A stretch of 64,000 nt of DNA from Eledone cirrhosa (GCA_964016885.1 OZ024755.1:39308001-39372000); one strand, 5' to 3'; counted from the first letter of the stretch, positions 1 through 15,504 are shown. Program-made: numbers and translations. The notes: generated from the letters alone by a model not told the origin.

Positions 1-162
1 TATGTACATATATATATGTATGTACATATATATATATATGTATATATATATATGTATATACATATATATATGTATATATATATATATATATGTATATACG
101 TATATACATATATATGTATATACATATATATGTATATGTTTATATATACACCTATATACATA

Positions 163-202
<40 letters not shown>

Positions 203-868
203 TATATGTATATATATATATATACATATATATATGTATATATATATATACATATATTTATATATATATATATATATATACATATATTTATATATATATA
301 TATATATATACATACATATATTTATATATATATATATATATATACATACATATATTTATATGTATATATATATACATACATATATTTATATATATATACA
401 TATATTTATATATATATATACATATATTTATATATATATATATATATGCATACATATATTTATATATATATATATATACATACATATATTTATATGTATA
501 TATATATATACATACATATATTTATAGGTATATATATATATACATATATTTATATGTATATATATATATATACACATTTATATGTATATATATATATATA
601 TACATATATTTATATGTATATATATATATATACATATATTTATATGTATATATATATATATGTACATATATTTATATGTATATATATATATACAGATATT
701 TATATGTATATATATATATATATACACATACATATATTTATATATATATATACATACATATATTTATATGTATATATATATATATATACACATACATATA
801 TTTATATATATATATACATACATATATTTATATATATATATTTATATATACATACAAATATTTATATA

Positions 869-922
<54 letters not shown>

Positions 923-987
923 CATACATATATTTATATATATATATATATACATACATATATTTATATATATATATATATATACAC

Positions 988-1018
<31 letters not shown>

Positions 1019-1053
1019 CATACATATATTTATATATATATATATGTACACAC

Positions 1054-1084
<31 letters not shown>

Positions 1085-1174
1085 TATATATATATATATA
1101 CATATATACACATATATATATATATATATATACATACATATATTTATATTTATATATATATACATACATATATT

Positions 1175-1210
<36 letters not shown>

Positions 1211-1450
1211 TATATATATATATACATACATATATTTATATATAGGTGTATATATATATATATATATATACACATATATATATATTTATATATATATACA
1301 TACATATATTTTTATATATATATATATATATACATATATTTATATATATATATTTATATATACATACATATATTAATATATATATATATATATATACATA
1401 CATATATTTATATATATACATATACATACATATATATACATACATATATT

Positions 1451-1485
<35 letters not shown>

Positions 1486-1492
1486 ATACATA

Positions 1493-1528
<36 letters not shown>

Positions 1529-1578
1529 CATATATTTATATATATACATATACATACATATATATACATACATATATT

Positions 1579-1618
<40 letters not shown>

Positions 1619-1626
1619 CATATATT

Positions 1627-1674
<48 letters not shown>

Positions 1675-1675
1675 C
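1..1675. repeat. (TA)n-based compound microsatellite with TACA/TTTA interruptions
   Basis: Directly visible. It produces the spurious IY-repeat ORFs. Confidence 0.98.
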
Positions 1676-1716
1676 AATATTAAACAAATGGAAACTATAT
1701 TTATAAAACCATATTT

Positions 1717-1780
1717 ATTTCATTATACATATTTCGGGGATACCATATTAAAAATATGGCATGCCTTCTTCAGATAAAAT
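1717..1780 (-). ncRNA. Type I hammerhead ribozyme (family A)
   Basis: Minus strand reads ATTTTAT-CTGAAGA-AGGCATGCCATA..TATGGTATCCCC-GAAA-TATGTA-TA-ATGAAAT. The mirrored copy at 4554-4617 has a mutated core (CTGAAGG) and cleavage site. Confidence 0.7.
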
Positions 1781-3430
1781 ACAATATATAAACAGTTTTA
1801 TAAATAATTTTGACGTACCATAAATATTGATCAACTTTTATGTAAGAAGTTGGTTTGGTAGTGAAATGTTTATAAATATTTAGTGTTAAGCACAGTTAAA
1901 AAGAAAGGCTGAGAAAAAGAAGAAATGTATGTAAAGAAAAACAGAGAGAAATAGAGAGAGAAAGGGGAGAGAGAAATAGTGAGGAGGTGAAAAAAGAGAT
2001 GCAGCTGAGGCAACAGATGAATAATAATAATTCATCATACAAATTGAGAGATTTAGGAGGGAGGGAGTACTGTACTTATTTAATTATAGTGTTAAGGAGA
2101 CGGAGAGAAATAAAAAATGAAGAGAAAACAGAGAGAGAGAGAGAAAGATAGAGGTGGGGGTAAAAAGAGGTAGACCAAATAATAATAATTATTATATATG
2201 GGGAGGTGAGAGAAATAGGAGAGAAGTAAGAGAGAAAACAAGAGAGAAACTCCAGAGGCAAAGTTAAAATAACCGATACTTAGACTTCATCAAATATAAA
2301 GAGGGAGGAGAAGAAAGAGCTATATCTAGAGAGAGGGATGATAGATTTACATCTTTACGTTATGTCCTATCAATTTGATTATCAATTCATATGAATTGGT
2401 TATTATAATGTAAATATCAATATTCATGAATGAGACATCGATATATAATGTGTGAAAAATAATGGCCATATGTTTAGTTTAAAATTCTGAGGTCGATGTA
2501 CCAAAAACTGAGATAAAACTTCAAAAAATACGGAAATATATAAGTATATATGTACTTTCCGGAAAAGGAAAGAAAGAGAAAAAGAGAAGGTCATCTCAAG
2601 TTCTAGTTGATACTATAGACATACCCATGATCTTACGTGATCAACTCTGTAATTTCTTGTTTCACAGAAAAAAATGTTTTCCCTTGTGTTATAAAAGATT
2701 TTACTATATATATATATACATAAAAAAATATATATATACATAAAAAATATATATTAATACTCCTGCCCTCACATACATGATTATGGTTCATGTATAGAAT
2801 ATTATGCATATCTGTAACATATCCAGAGCTATACCCACACATACATATATATATATATATATATGTATGCACACATATATGTACATGGACAGATAAAATA
2901 AACAGATAAAATAAAATATACTCTGTAATCATTCCATATTCATATTATTACATATGGCCTTTGTACAGAGACAACCAGATATTAATATACCAGCACAGAG
3001 ATATCAAAACGTTAAAAATATTTTCATCACTCCCTAGAGTATCTCGGGCCGTAAAAAACACAGTATGCACCCCATATCAACCACAGAAATCTACCCTTCC
3101 AATTTATCTGACAATATATTGCCAAGTTCATTAGAAGCAATCAAAATCAAAAATCAAACAAAAAACCAAAAATTATTCAACAAAACTTATTTAGCAGAAA
3201 TCATTTAAAAGATTTAGGAGACCCTGTTGTTCTACAGATGCTCTTATATTTAGTATAGAAGTTTATCTAGCGTAAAATTTATTCAATAGATTGGCAGCAT
3301 CTACATTTTAGGGTAGTTTAATTACATCATTAGTATATATTTATGAAGAAGGTTTAAAAGAAAAAGTTGAAGGAATCGAAAGATTTATCGTCAGGTTTCA
3401 TACATTAATTAAATATCTTAGCTAATTATA

Positions 3431-3716
3431 CTACATCTTAAATTTATATTTATATTTAAACGTTGAGTTCAATCTATGTCTGCAGCAACTGAATAAATTG
3501 CTCCTTAAATTAAGGGAATTTTTAGATTTTAATATAAAGAATATCTCCTCCACACAGAGGTCACATGTCTCAGATGAGGAATTAAAAGGAATCCCTCTTG
3601 AGACAATATTCCAAAACATCGAATACCCAACGTTATCATGTTTAAGTTGCCAGAGTAAGCCTGATAGTGAAGTTGAAGATTTCTTGTTTGGATCTGTGAA
3701 AGAATTCTTATGATTA
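3431..3716 (-). pseudogene. PLE GIY-YIG endonuclease C-terminal fragment
   Basis: YNHKNSF..TSLSGLLWQLK..W..CDLCVEE..LNLRS..CCRHR aligns by eye with the C-termini of the ORFs at 39738-40442 and 50242-50835. Confidence 0.85.
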
Positions 3717-4746
3717 TATAGTATCAACTAGAACTTGAGATGACCTTCTCTTTTTCTCTTTCTTTCCTTTTCCGGAAAGTACATATATACTTATATATTT
3801 CCGTATTTTTTGAAGTTTTATCTCAGTTTTTGGTACATCGACATCAGAATTTTAAACTAAACATATGGCCATTATTTTTCACACATTATATATCTATGTC
3901 TCATTCATGAATATTGATATTTACATTATAATACCCAATTCATATGAATTGATAATTCAAATTGATAGGACATAACGTAAAGATGTAAATCTATCATCCC
4001 TCTCTCTAGATATAGCTCTTTCTTCTCCTCCCTCTTTATATTTGATGAAGTCTAAGTATCGGTTATTTTAACTTTGCCTCTCGAGTTTCTCTCTTGTTTT
4101 CTCTCTTACTTCTCTCCTATTTCTCTCACCTCCCCATATATAATAATAATTATTATTTGGTCTACCTCTTTTTTCCCCCCACCTCTATCTTTCTCTCTCT
4201 CTCTGTTTTCTCTTCATTTTTTATTTCTCTCCGTCTCCTTAACACTATAACTAAATAAGTACAGTACTCCCTCCCTTCTAAATCTCTCAATTTGTATGAT
4301 GAATTATTATTATTCATCTGTTGCCTCAGCTGCCTCTCTTTTTTCACCTCCTCACTATTTCTCTCTCCCCTATCTCTCTCTATTTCTCTCTGTTTTTCTT
4401 TACATACATTTCTTCTTTTTCTCAGTCTTTCTTTTTAACTGTGCTTAACACTAAATATTTATAAACATTTCACTACCAAACCAACTTCTTACATAAAAGT
4501 TAATCAATATTTATGGTACGTCAAAATTATTTATAAAACTGTTTATATATTGTATTTTATCTGAAGGAGGCATGCCATATTTTTAATATGGTATCCTCGA
4601 AATATGTAAAATGAAATAAATATGGTTTTATAAATATAGTTTCCATTTGTTTATATCGTATATCTACTCCAAAACTTGTTGAGTGCTTTATATCAGTTAT
4701 AAAATATTTACTTGTTGTACCCAACAATTTTAAATAAAACTTTTGC

Positions 4747-4799
<53 letters not shown>

Positions 4800-4864
4800 T
4801 TTATATATATTTACACACACATATATATATACACACACATATATTTATATATATATATATATAT

Positions 4865-4923
<59 letters not shown>

Positions 4924-4934
4924 TATATATATAT

Positions 4935-5357
4935 AATGAAAAATTGAACAGGGACAGAACAGAGAGGCAGTACGATAAATGTTTATTAAATTCACGCTCA
5001 GGAGAGTGGGGGGTAGGTGGGGGACGACGTTTCGGGCATAAGCCCTTCTTCAGGTGAGAGTTCAAAAGGTGTGTAGGGGAGTGGTGGAGAGACATATAGC
5101 GAAAGGAAACGGTGCGAGTGAAAAATTAACAAATAAAGACAAAATTATAATAAATAATAAATAAAAATAAAGCATGATCAAACTACAAGGAATGAGAAAA
5201 TTTAAAAATAAAGGCATGGTCAAAATAAACTGAAATTAAAAGGGGGGTAAACAGGTGGTGGAAGGGTGTGGGGTGAGTAGAGGTGGTGGCGGGTGGAGTG
5301 GGGAGAGGGAGACGGGGTGTCAGAGCGGGGAGGGCTGAAGGTGGTGTGTGTGGTTAG

Positions 5358-5396
<39 letters not shown>

Positions 5397-5745
5397 AAAG
5401 TGAGGGTTGGGGGAAGAAAGGGGTTGCATGTTCAGGAAGGTGTGTGTGGGGGGTGTTTTTGTGGGTCGGAGGGTCTGTGCGTGTGTGGATAGGGGGGTGG
5501 GGGGAGAGGAATCAGGGGGCTGAGGGTGTAAATATGTGGTGGGAAGCACGTGTATGTGGTTTAAGCGTGTTGTGGGTGTGGGTGGCGTGTGGATAAAAAA
5601 ATGTGTTGGGGGGTGTGTGTGTGGGTGAGTTATATAGGTGGTGGTGTAAGAGGATGGTTGAAAAGTGGTAAGTTACACGGATGTATGGAGATTTTGGTTG
5701 GAAGTCAATAACGCGTGTGGGTAATCCAAGAAGCGGTGGTCGGAA
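4935..5745 (-). mobile_element. PLE 3'UTR remnant with minimal HHR-like motif at about 5016-5056
   Basis: Minus strand CTGAAGAAGGGCTTATGCCCGAAACGTC, with a weak stem I. A homologous terminus recurs at about 46273-46357. Confidence 0.5.
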
Positions 5746-5834
<89 letters not shown>

Positions 5835-5849
5835 TATATATATATATAT

Positions 5850-5894
<45 letters not shown>

Positions 5895-5939
5895 TATATA
5901 TATATATATATACACACACACATATATATATATATATAT

Positions 5940-6000
<61 letters not shown>

Positions 6001-6027
6001 CACACACACACATATATATATATATAT

Positions 6028-6078
<51 letters not shown>

Positions 6079-6095
6079 TATATATATATATATAT

Positions 6096-6136
<41 letters not shown>

Positions 6137-6137
6137 T

Positions 6138-6225
<88 letters not shown>
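5746..6225. repeat. (CA)n/(TA)n compound microsatellite
   Basis: Directly visible. Confidence 0.97.
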
Positions 6226-6226
<1 letters not shown>

Positions 6227-6502
6227 ATACTATATAGCAGTATGTAGATAGTAATCTCTCACAGCAGTAAATCATATCCTAACTTGCCGCCATGTTTGAC
6301 AGATTCCAATCGCAGAGAAATACAGAAGATACGATATCTAGTGAAGGTATTAAACGCTAAATCAATGACAACATATTTTTATTACTGTTTCACTGTGGAT
6401 CCTTGGGCAAGTTTCTTCACTATACACTCGGTTTGATCTATATTCTGTGAAAGGAATTTGTTTGACAAGAAATGCACACGTCCATCATCTTGATTAACAT
6501 CA

Positions 6503-6870
6503 TGATGATGATGATGACGACGGTGATGGTTATGATGATGGAGATGGTGATGATGGTGGTGATGGTGATGGTGATGTTGATGGTGATGGTGGTGGTGGTG
6601 ATGGTTATGATGATGGAGATGGTGATGGTGATGATGGTGGTGATGGTGGTGATGGTGATGTTGATGGTGGTGGTGATGATGGTGGTGATGGTGATGTTGA
6701 TGGTGATGGTGGTGGTGGTGATGGTTATGATGATGGAGATGGTGATGGTGATGATGGTGGTGATGGTGGTGATGGTGATGTTGATGGTGGTGGTGATGAT
6801 GATGTTGATGGTGATGGTGGTGGTGATGATGGTGTGTATGTGTGTATGTGTGTATGTGTGTGTGTGTGTG
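6503..6870. repeat. (GAT/GGT)n trinucleotide repeat followed by (GT)n
   Basis: Directly visible. Confidence 0.95.
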
Positions 6871-6910
6871 GAAGAGGTCGTTAGGTGATCCAGAGGAGAT
6901 CGATTAAATA

Positions 6911-7462
6911 AGTATGGCCGCAGTCAAAGGATTGGAAACGACGTAAGTGGGTGACCCCAGTATGGCCGCAGTCAAAGGATTGGAAACGACGTAAGTGGGT
7001 GACCCCAGTATGGCCGTAGACAAAGGATTGGAAACGACGTAAGTGGGTGACCCCAGTATGGCCGCAGTCAAAGGATTGGAAACGACGTAAGTGGGTGACC
7101 CCAGTATGGTCGCAGTCAAAGGAGTGGAAACGACGTAAGTGGGTGACCCCAGTATGGCCGCAGTCAAAGGAGTGGAAACGACGTAAGAGGGTGACCCCAG
7201 TATGGCCGCAGTCAAAGGAGTGGAAACTACGTAAGTTGGTGACCCCAGTATGGCCGCAGTCAAAGAAGTGGAAACGACGTAAGGGGGTGACCCCTGTATG
7301 GCCGCAGTCAAAGGAGTGGAAACGACGTAAGGGGGTGACCCCAGTATGGCCGCAGTCAAAGGAGTGGAAACGACTTAAGGGGATGACCCCTGTATGGCCG
7401 CAACCAAAGGAGTGGAAACGACGTAAGGGGGTGACCCCAGTATGGCCGCAGTCAAAGGAGTG
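6911..7462 (+). repeat. 48-bp minisatellite, about 11.5 copies (AGTATGGCCGCAGTCAAAGGAGTGGAAACGACGTAAGTGGGTGACCCC)
   Basis: Unit starts at 6911, 6959 and so on, giving 16-aa periodicity in the ORF track. Confidence 0.95.
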
Positions 7463-8367
7463 AAATCACTAAACGGGTGCCAAAGCCAAGTGAACCACAG
7501 AAAATGAGCCAAAATGTCTCTAATTCATACCTTGAGTGACATTGCTAATTATAGATTGCAGCTGGTACCTTACACCTTCAGTATCTATCGAGGACATACA
7601 CCAGGAAAGTGTTTGTGATACTAGAACGAATCTACGTTTAAATATGTTATTATCTATTGTTTATAAAAAAAAAAAAATTTTATATTTGAAATGTGTGCGT
7701 CCCAACGTAAAAAACAGAATAGACGATATTTGGGAAACACACGTTGTCTCACTTTATTTGATTTTCTCAACTATTATTTGTATTGATCGACTATTATTAT
7801 AGTCATTTGCGTGGGATGCACTCATTTCAGATTTCAAATTTACTCAACGATTCTTAAGTCAAACTCTGTTTAAATGGCTTCTTGTTTAGAACAGATTCTA
7901 AATATAGATTATGCATATGTGTGTGTATGCGTGTGTGTAATAATTGTCTACACTATTTCCACGATAGTGGAAGTAAATCAAAGACGATGTGAAGAAGTGA
8001 GAAACCACAGCTTAACCCTCTCCTAATCATATTTCTTGTAAATGTGTATATGAATTGATTTTGAAAATAATCAATAATTTAGAAGGACTTGATGAAATAA
8101 CTTTCTCGTTATTTCCCTGGTATTGGAAAAATAACTAAACAAATGTTCCAACGTGGATTTTAGATAAATATAAACACTTTAAAATAAACAGTTTTGTCTC
8201 GTGGAAACAAAGGTGGTTTCTGGCGTTTTGGTAACTAATTGTTAAATGTGGTTGATAGGGTGGTAGAGTTAGATGGGAAGATTTGGGGGGGGGGGGGGTA
8301 GAGATAGATGGGAAGAGATGGGAGGTAGAGATAGATGGGTAGATAGAGAGGTAGGTAGATAGATAGA

Positions 8368-8625
8368 TTTCTTTATTTACCATAAAGGTATAAAAAGAAG
8401 GGACAAATACAAAGGGGGAGTTTACATAAAACCGAGTAAAAAGAGTATAAAATAAAAATAATAAAAACAACCTCAAAAGGGAGGGGACGTGATGGGGGTT
8501 GCACACACCCCCGAAAAAGTGTGCAATCCTTTGCCCGGGGAGCACATGGAGAAGGTGCTCCCCTCTCCTTCACTTCTTTACCTACATGATGGTATACAGA
8601 GAAGGCCCATTTACACGAGCCATAT

Positions 8626-8656
<31 letters not shown>

Positions 8657-9105
8657 CATAGATACATAGAGAGATAGATAGATAGATACATTTCTTTATT
8701 AGCCACAAGGGCACAAAAGAAGGGGACAAATACAAATGGGGAGTTTACATACAGGTATAGGAAAATAAAACTATTAATAAAATAACAAATAACAAATGAA
8801 ATCCCCAATAGGGGGGAGGCGTTACACAGGGGTTGTACACACCCCGAAAAAATGTACAACCCTCTACTCCAAGAGCACCAAGAGTGAGTACTCCCTTCCT
8901 CTCTTCCTCCAACCTACAGGCTTATATAGAGAGAAGGCTCAACCACTCGGGCCATCTTTGACACATTCACCCACCTTTTATAAAATTTGGTGATAATTGA
9001 AAAAACGAATCAGTTGCTCGCCGGAGAGAAAGGTGCCTGACCTCAGCCCTTTTAACCTCGTCCACCATATAACCTCCTTCACCATAGCCCTAACGCATAG
9101 GAAAA
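8368..9105 (-). mobile_element. L1/Tx1-like LINE 3' end with tandemly duplicated 3'UTR (about 8368-8610 and 8690-8940)
   Basis: Minus-strand AMVKEVIWWTRLKGLRSGTFLSGEQLIRFFNYH and KRWVNVSKMARV..* resemble a Tx1/L1 ORF2 C-terminus (recognised from memory). The duplicated UTR is visible. Confidence 0.55.
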
Positions 9106-9187
<82 letters not shown>

Positions 9188-9283
9188 AGAAATAGATATA
9201 TAGAGATAGATATATAGATATAGAGATAGATATAGAGATATATAGATATATAGATATATAGAGATAGATATAGAGATAGAGAT

Positions 9284-9318
<35 letters not shown>

Positions 9319-9343
9319 AAGAGATAAAGAAATAGATATATAG

Positions 9344-9414
<71 letters not shown>

Positions 9415-9682
9415 AGGGAGAGATAGAGAGAAATAAATAAAGAAAGAAAGAATGGGTGGGGACCAAAATACTTTGTGATCCGATATTGAGAAATAAATCT
9501 ATCATGAAAATATTGGAATGTTAAGTCGCTTGTTTTGGTAGATTCTGTAAAACAAGATAATGGGTTGATTTCTGGTTTGTAAAGATAGATAAAATAATAC
9601 CTTTTAAAACTGATGGATGGCTTCAAGGGTGCACAAGGGCGAAACTGAGCTCTGTGTTTCAAAATAGAGGAAGCAAGACTGA

Positions 9683-9990
9683 AGGTATACGTCTTAGTGG
9701 TTAGCGTGTTCGGTTTACGATCGTAAGGTCGTCAGTTCGATTCCAGTCGACACGCTGTACTCTTGAGCATGACACTCTATTTCCCGTTGCTTCAGTTCCC
9801 TCAACCAGCAAAAATGAGCTGTATATGTAATGCATATGGCCAGCCTTGTCACTCATTATGTAACTGAATCTTCCTGAGGATTACAAAGGTACACGTGCTT
9901 GTGGAATGCTCAGCCATTTGCACGTTAATTTCACTAGCAGGTTGTTCTGATGATCGAATTAGATGGAACACAGATCGTTGGAACTGAGAG
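9683..9990 (+). mobile_element. tRNA-derived SINE; a second degenerate head lies at about 10063-10140
   Basis: A-box-like TAGTGGTTAG and B-box-like GTTCGATTCC, followed by a CTTGAGCATGACAC core. Confidence 0.7.
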
Positions 9991-11638
9991 AAGGCCAAGA
10001 TAATAGCTGAAGAGGAAAGAAAAAGAAAGGTGTACTTTTGCATATGTAAGGATCAAATACTGAAGGTAGGGTTTAGTGGTATGAGGGCTGGGTTCACAAA
10101 CATAAGATCATGAGATCGATTCCTGAGTCAGTCGGTGCTAGTTCCACAAAAGAAAAAAAACATCGATAAAATAAGAAGTAGACCTGAAAATAAGTCTTGA
10201 GACCGTTCTAATAACTTTTCCAATAAAACAAAACAACAAACACATACATACACTCACACATGTATATATACATATATATATGTATAGGGGTAAGCGCGTG
10301 TTATAGGACGCCTATTTTATAGTGAGTGCCTTATTCTTGCCTCATATTTTGTTAATACCGACTCTATTGTGGTCCACAGTCAAGCTGTGTAAATAGTCTG
10401 ATCACAGCTAAATACTCTTCTTCAATCGCCTGGTTTTATTTTAGTATAAATCGGTTGATTGACAAGGCGATCATAGGACTAATGTATGCTTGGTTCTTTA
10501 TATTCAACGAGGTCCGCGGAGGCCATTTCGAATACAACTGTCCTCTGATTATTACAATTCAAGCATACCTAGGATTCCCTCCATAGAATTAGTCATCCGA
10601 TATCCTGAGGAATCACCCAAAAGTTTTGGTCTATAACAAGAAATTAAGTTTATTCTTCAGAACGTTTGCCATTTGCCCGTTACAGAAGTTAGATTCCTTT
10701 CATGATTATTAATGGTAATATTTTAAACAAGTACTCTAGCAGAATCAATAGAGCGGCGGACACTACTTTGCAGTACTTGTCCCAGCTTCGCCGGTTGACT
10801 TTGTCTTTTAAACATCCAAGGTTGATACCTCTCTAAAACTGGAGACAATATAATTGACTTTCTCCTTCCTCAAGTACCTAGCTCTGTACTTAAATTAGAA
10901 ACCAATATTTTAAACAAACAAACAAAAAAGAAGGGTAAATACTATCAAAATTAGTTCTCCGGTATCAAGAATTATTTTACTAAAGATAAATGGGACAAAG
11001 ACAGTGAGACTTACAGAGCAAACAAAAACACGGTTAACATAATCATGTAGCTTCAATCTTCAGCTGCCTGGTGAATATCATAGCAGTTTCGCACACCCGG
11101 GACATAACTGTTAGTCACGACGGCGTGGAACAATGATAAGAAATAGTTTAACAATGCTGGCGAAATCAACAAAGTACATCCTCAACCAGTATCATTTCTG
11201 TAATGACATGTACCGACACGTGACTACAAATATTTTGCATGAAAATTAAGTAATTATATACTTAAATTAGATGCAACAGTTTTACTTTATGACTGGCAGG
11301 CGTATGCAAACATAATAGATCTTAGAAGAGAAAATAGATTAACCTTGTCAATATTTGTTTGGTTCAAACATTCCCCAAAAGAAAATAAGTAGCATAAAAT
11401 TTTGAAATTTAAATCGTTTATTTTATGACAAAAGTGAACAAACCACACATTATAAATATCTGTCACACATGTTCGTAAGCAGAGAGATAAAGTCATGAGA
11501 TGTTTAATCAAAAATTAGAATATATTTGAATATCAATCAGAATTTGTCTTTGAAACTGATGGTTCCTGTGTTTAATGAAAATGGCAAACCGGAAAAAAAG
11601 AAAGACGCACTGAAGAATTACACACATGCACACCTGTG

Positions 11639-11688
<50 letters not shown>

Positions 11689-11691
11689 CAC

Positions 11692-11758
<67 letters not shown>

Positions 11759-12075
11759 CATATGTACATATATATATATGTATTAATATAGAAAGTCGTT
11801 CTTAAATAGGAAAACAAATAGAAGTATGTGAAAAGATTTCTTCAGCTCAAAATATGAGATTTATTACAGTAAGCTATTCAGAAAGCTACATAAAATTTTT
11901 AATTGTTTGAATTCCTTGAAATGTTTACAATTTGATATCAATAACTACTATGCTTCAACCCCTATCCCTTCTAGATAAAATATTATCTTTTGCTACTAGA
12001 CTTACAGATAGAGCATAAATTAAAATTAAAATTGAAACTATTTTAGCAGTTAGAAGATGTATTATTGAATTTAAT

Positions 12076-13764
12076 TTCGGCAACTCTTTGCGGTGCTACT
12101 GCAGACATGCGAGTTAAGCGACCCTGTATCATTATGGGAGAAATACAAAGAGGACTTTTCAGATGACTACATACACCAAGGACAACTGCTACTCCCTCAT
12201 TCCGACGTACGACTCAGCGACGAATTCGTCAACAAAGCTCTCATTGACATCGAGGACAAAATCCTAACTGCCGGCGGAAATGACCTTCCATTCTATGGAC
12301 TGCCAAAAGTTCAGCGAACGGCCTCGGACAAACTTCCGACGGGCATAATTCAGGAAACTGCCTACGATCTCGAAGCCCTCGAACTGTTCATCAACGAAAA
12401 CGAGCCGAAATTGTTGCAGGACCAACGGCGGGCGTATGACACAGTTTGCACTTCCATTCGTCAACGCACAGGAGGTATCTTCTTTTTGGGCGCCCCAGGA
12501 GGAACTGGTAAAACATTCTTCAATAAACTCCTTCTCGCCAAAGTGCGACAGCAAAAAGGAATCGGCCTGGCTGTGGCTTCTTCTGGGATTGCTGCAACTC
12601 TGCTGTCCGGAGGTAGGACAGCTCATTCCGCATTTAAACTACCATTCAACACGACTTCAGACGACACAATAACCTGCAATATCACCAAGGACTCTGACAA
12701 AGCAGAAGTCTTGAAAAGATGCCAGCTAATTGTGTGGGACGAATGCACAATGGCCCATAAAGGGTCCCTTGAGGCGTTAGACAGAACCCTACGAGATATC
12801 AGGGAATGCAACCGGCCGATGGGAGGAGTACCTCTACTGCTGTCTGGCGATTTTCGACAAACTCTTCGAGTTGTTCCAAAAGCCACAAGGGCCGACACTG
12901 TGGGGGCTTGCATTAAGTCATCTCCCCTGTGGTAGGAGGTGACAATTCTGACCCTCACAACACACATGAGAGCCCAACTGCTCGGCGACCACTCATCAGC
13001 CGACTTCTCGAAGGACCTCTTAACAGTTGGTGACGGCACCGCATCTTCAGATGCAGCTGGAGAAATGGCAGTCTCGCAGGTAGGCACCGTTGTCGACACT
13101 ATTGACGACCTCACAGCCTCTGTCTTTCCTGATATGGCCATCAACTACAAAAACACGAGTTGGCTGTGCGATAGAGCCATATTGGCTCCCAAAATTGTCT
13201 CCGTTGCAAAAATCAATGAGGACCTTCTACAACGCTTTCCTGGAAACCTCCGTACCTACAAATCTGTGGACAAAGATGAGGTTGACGATTTTCCCACAGA
13301 ATTTCTCAACTCCTTGGACCTCTCTGGACTGTCACCTCATGAACTGCGCGTCAAAGTTGGGTCTCCAGTGATGCTGTTGAGGGACCTGGAACCACCACGC
13401 CTCTGCAACGGAACACGGTTGGTGGTAAGAAACCTCCTGCCACATGTAATTGAAGCCACAATTCTCACGGGCTGCGACGCTGGAGAAAACGTCTTCATAC
13501 CCAGAATACCATTAACTCCATCAGGTACGGAATGCCCCTTGTACTCTGCGCCGACTTCAATTTCCCGTTAAACTTTGCTTCGAGATGTCAATCAACAAGT
13601 CCCAAGGCCAAACGCTATCAACGGCAGGCCTCCATTTAGCCCAGTCGTGCTTCTCACACGGCCAATAATACGTCTCATGCCCAAGAGTGGGATGCAAGCA
13701 GAACTTATTCATACTTGCGCCCAAAGGCAGAACAAAAAATGTGGTCTACAGAGAGGTGTTGTGA
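12076..13764 (+). pseudogene. Helitron PIF1-family (SF1B) DNA helicase, disrupted
   Basis: Motifs GAPGGTGKT, ASSGIAA, GGRTAHS, IVWDECTM, GDFRQ, ILAP, LCNGTR and SINKSQGQT. In-frame TAG at 12933-12935 and a frameshift near 13545. Confidence 0.93.
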
Positions 13765-13946
13765 CTCCTCTATTCAGCACCACTGCAGTCTTGCCGGTCT
13801 GACACATGGTGAGTAGATGCTATTGTTGTATATTTTCAAACTTACCCGTATTTACTTTCTTTCCCTCAATAATCATAATTGAGTGGAATCATTAAGAGTA
13901 CTTTAAAGCAATTAAACTCCGAGCAACGCCGAGCACTTCTGCGAGT
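12076..13946 (+). mobile_element. Helitron, 5'-truncated (RepHel helicase region plus 3' end)
   Basis: PIF1 helicase coding region followed by a 3' terminus CCGAGCAACGCCGAG..TTCTGCGAGT (degenerate hairpin plus CTAG). Confidence 0.85.
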
Positions 13947-14010
13947 TGTTAATATATATATATACATACATATATATACATATATATATACATATATATA
14001 TATACATATA

Positions 14011-14117
<107 letters not shown>

Positions 14118-14317
14118 ATAATAATGATTCTATTTATAGTTATGTATATACTATAAACAACTATAAACAGGAAAGGTCAGTAATTTCCTACTACCCTATT
14201 ACCAGTAAGAGAAATAGCTCAATGTAAGAACATCAGGTGTTTTACAGAGCAGGAATATAATTTACACAATTATCAAAGTTATGTTCAAATCATTTAATTG
14301 CTGACAATCGTTTCTTC

Positions 14318-14389
<72 letters not shown>

Positions 14390-14569
14390 GATAAATCTAC
14401 CAAGAGTTTACGGTAGTGTCCAATCCGTATGAAGAACTCAATGTAATCCGGATATCATGGAAAGAAGAGATGCAATGAAAAATCACTTTCGGTGAAAGAT
14501 AAACGGAATACAGAGTCAAGATAAAATATTAAAAAAATAATATATATATATATATATATATAAAAAAAA

Positions 14570-15095
<526 letters not shown>

Positions 15096-15120
15096 GTCAT
15101 TTTTGCACATATAGACTCGC

Positions 15121-15195
15121 ATATCTGATGAGATGTCGAAAGAGAGTCATCTTGATTGTGCACTGAGCTGATCGATGTCAAAACAATTGTAATAT
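15121..15195 (+). ncRNA. Degenerate type I HHR (GAAA changed to AAAA)
   Basis: ATAT-CTGATGA-GATGTCGA...TCGATGTC-AAAA-CAATTG-TA-ATAT. Confidence 0.55.
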
Positions 15196-15504
15196 ACAAA
15201 TAAAGTTCGATTCTTCTCTCTCTGCACATATATATACATTGACGAGGTTATAGTTAGTATTAGAGAGAGGGGGCGGGGTAGAGAGTGTTCTGCCATTTAA
15301 CAGTGTTATCTAATGAGAAGAATGTACAAATATATAATCATGTTCTAAAACTGAATATTTCTCCTCTGTTTTCTCTAACAATATCTTTACTTGTTATCTA
15401 TACTATTAAAGGTGGATTGAGGCGGTGGATTGGCAGTATCGGTAGAGGGTCAGACACCATGCTTTCTAGCATAGTTACGTCCCTCTCTCTCTCTATATAT
15501 ATAC

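Larger units (their letters stand above)
1681..4746 (-). mobile_element. 5'-truncated Penelope-like element (family A) with inverted pseudo-LTR: arms about 1681-2617 and 3717-4653, tail about 4654-4746
   Basis: About 940-bp inverted repeat (e.g. TTCTAGTTGATACTATA / TATAGTATCAACTAGAA) enclosing a GIY-YIG C-terminal fragment. Each arm has an HHR motif, and (TA)n lies on both sides. Confidence 0.85.

Noticed and set aside
2-1777. 591-aa ORF and many other IY/YI/CV/HT-repeat ORFs across the window
   Set aside because: They are translations of (TA)n/(CA)n microsatellites, which lack stop codons.
1681-4653. Fold-backs as sequencing or assembly chimeras
   Set aside because: The arms differ by substitutions, and the tails and end points are family-specific and recur at independent loci.
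9683-9760. tRNA genes at SINE heads (also 20041, 36341)
   Set aside because: No complete cloverleaf, and each continues into a SINE body.
12933-12935. Possible stop-codon readthrough in the Helitron helicase
   Set aside because: An additional frameshift and 5' truncation indicate ordinary decay.
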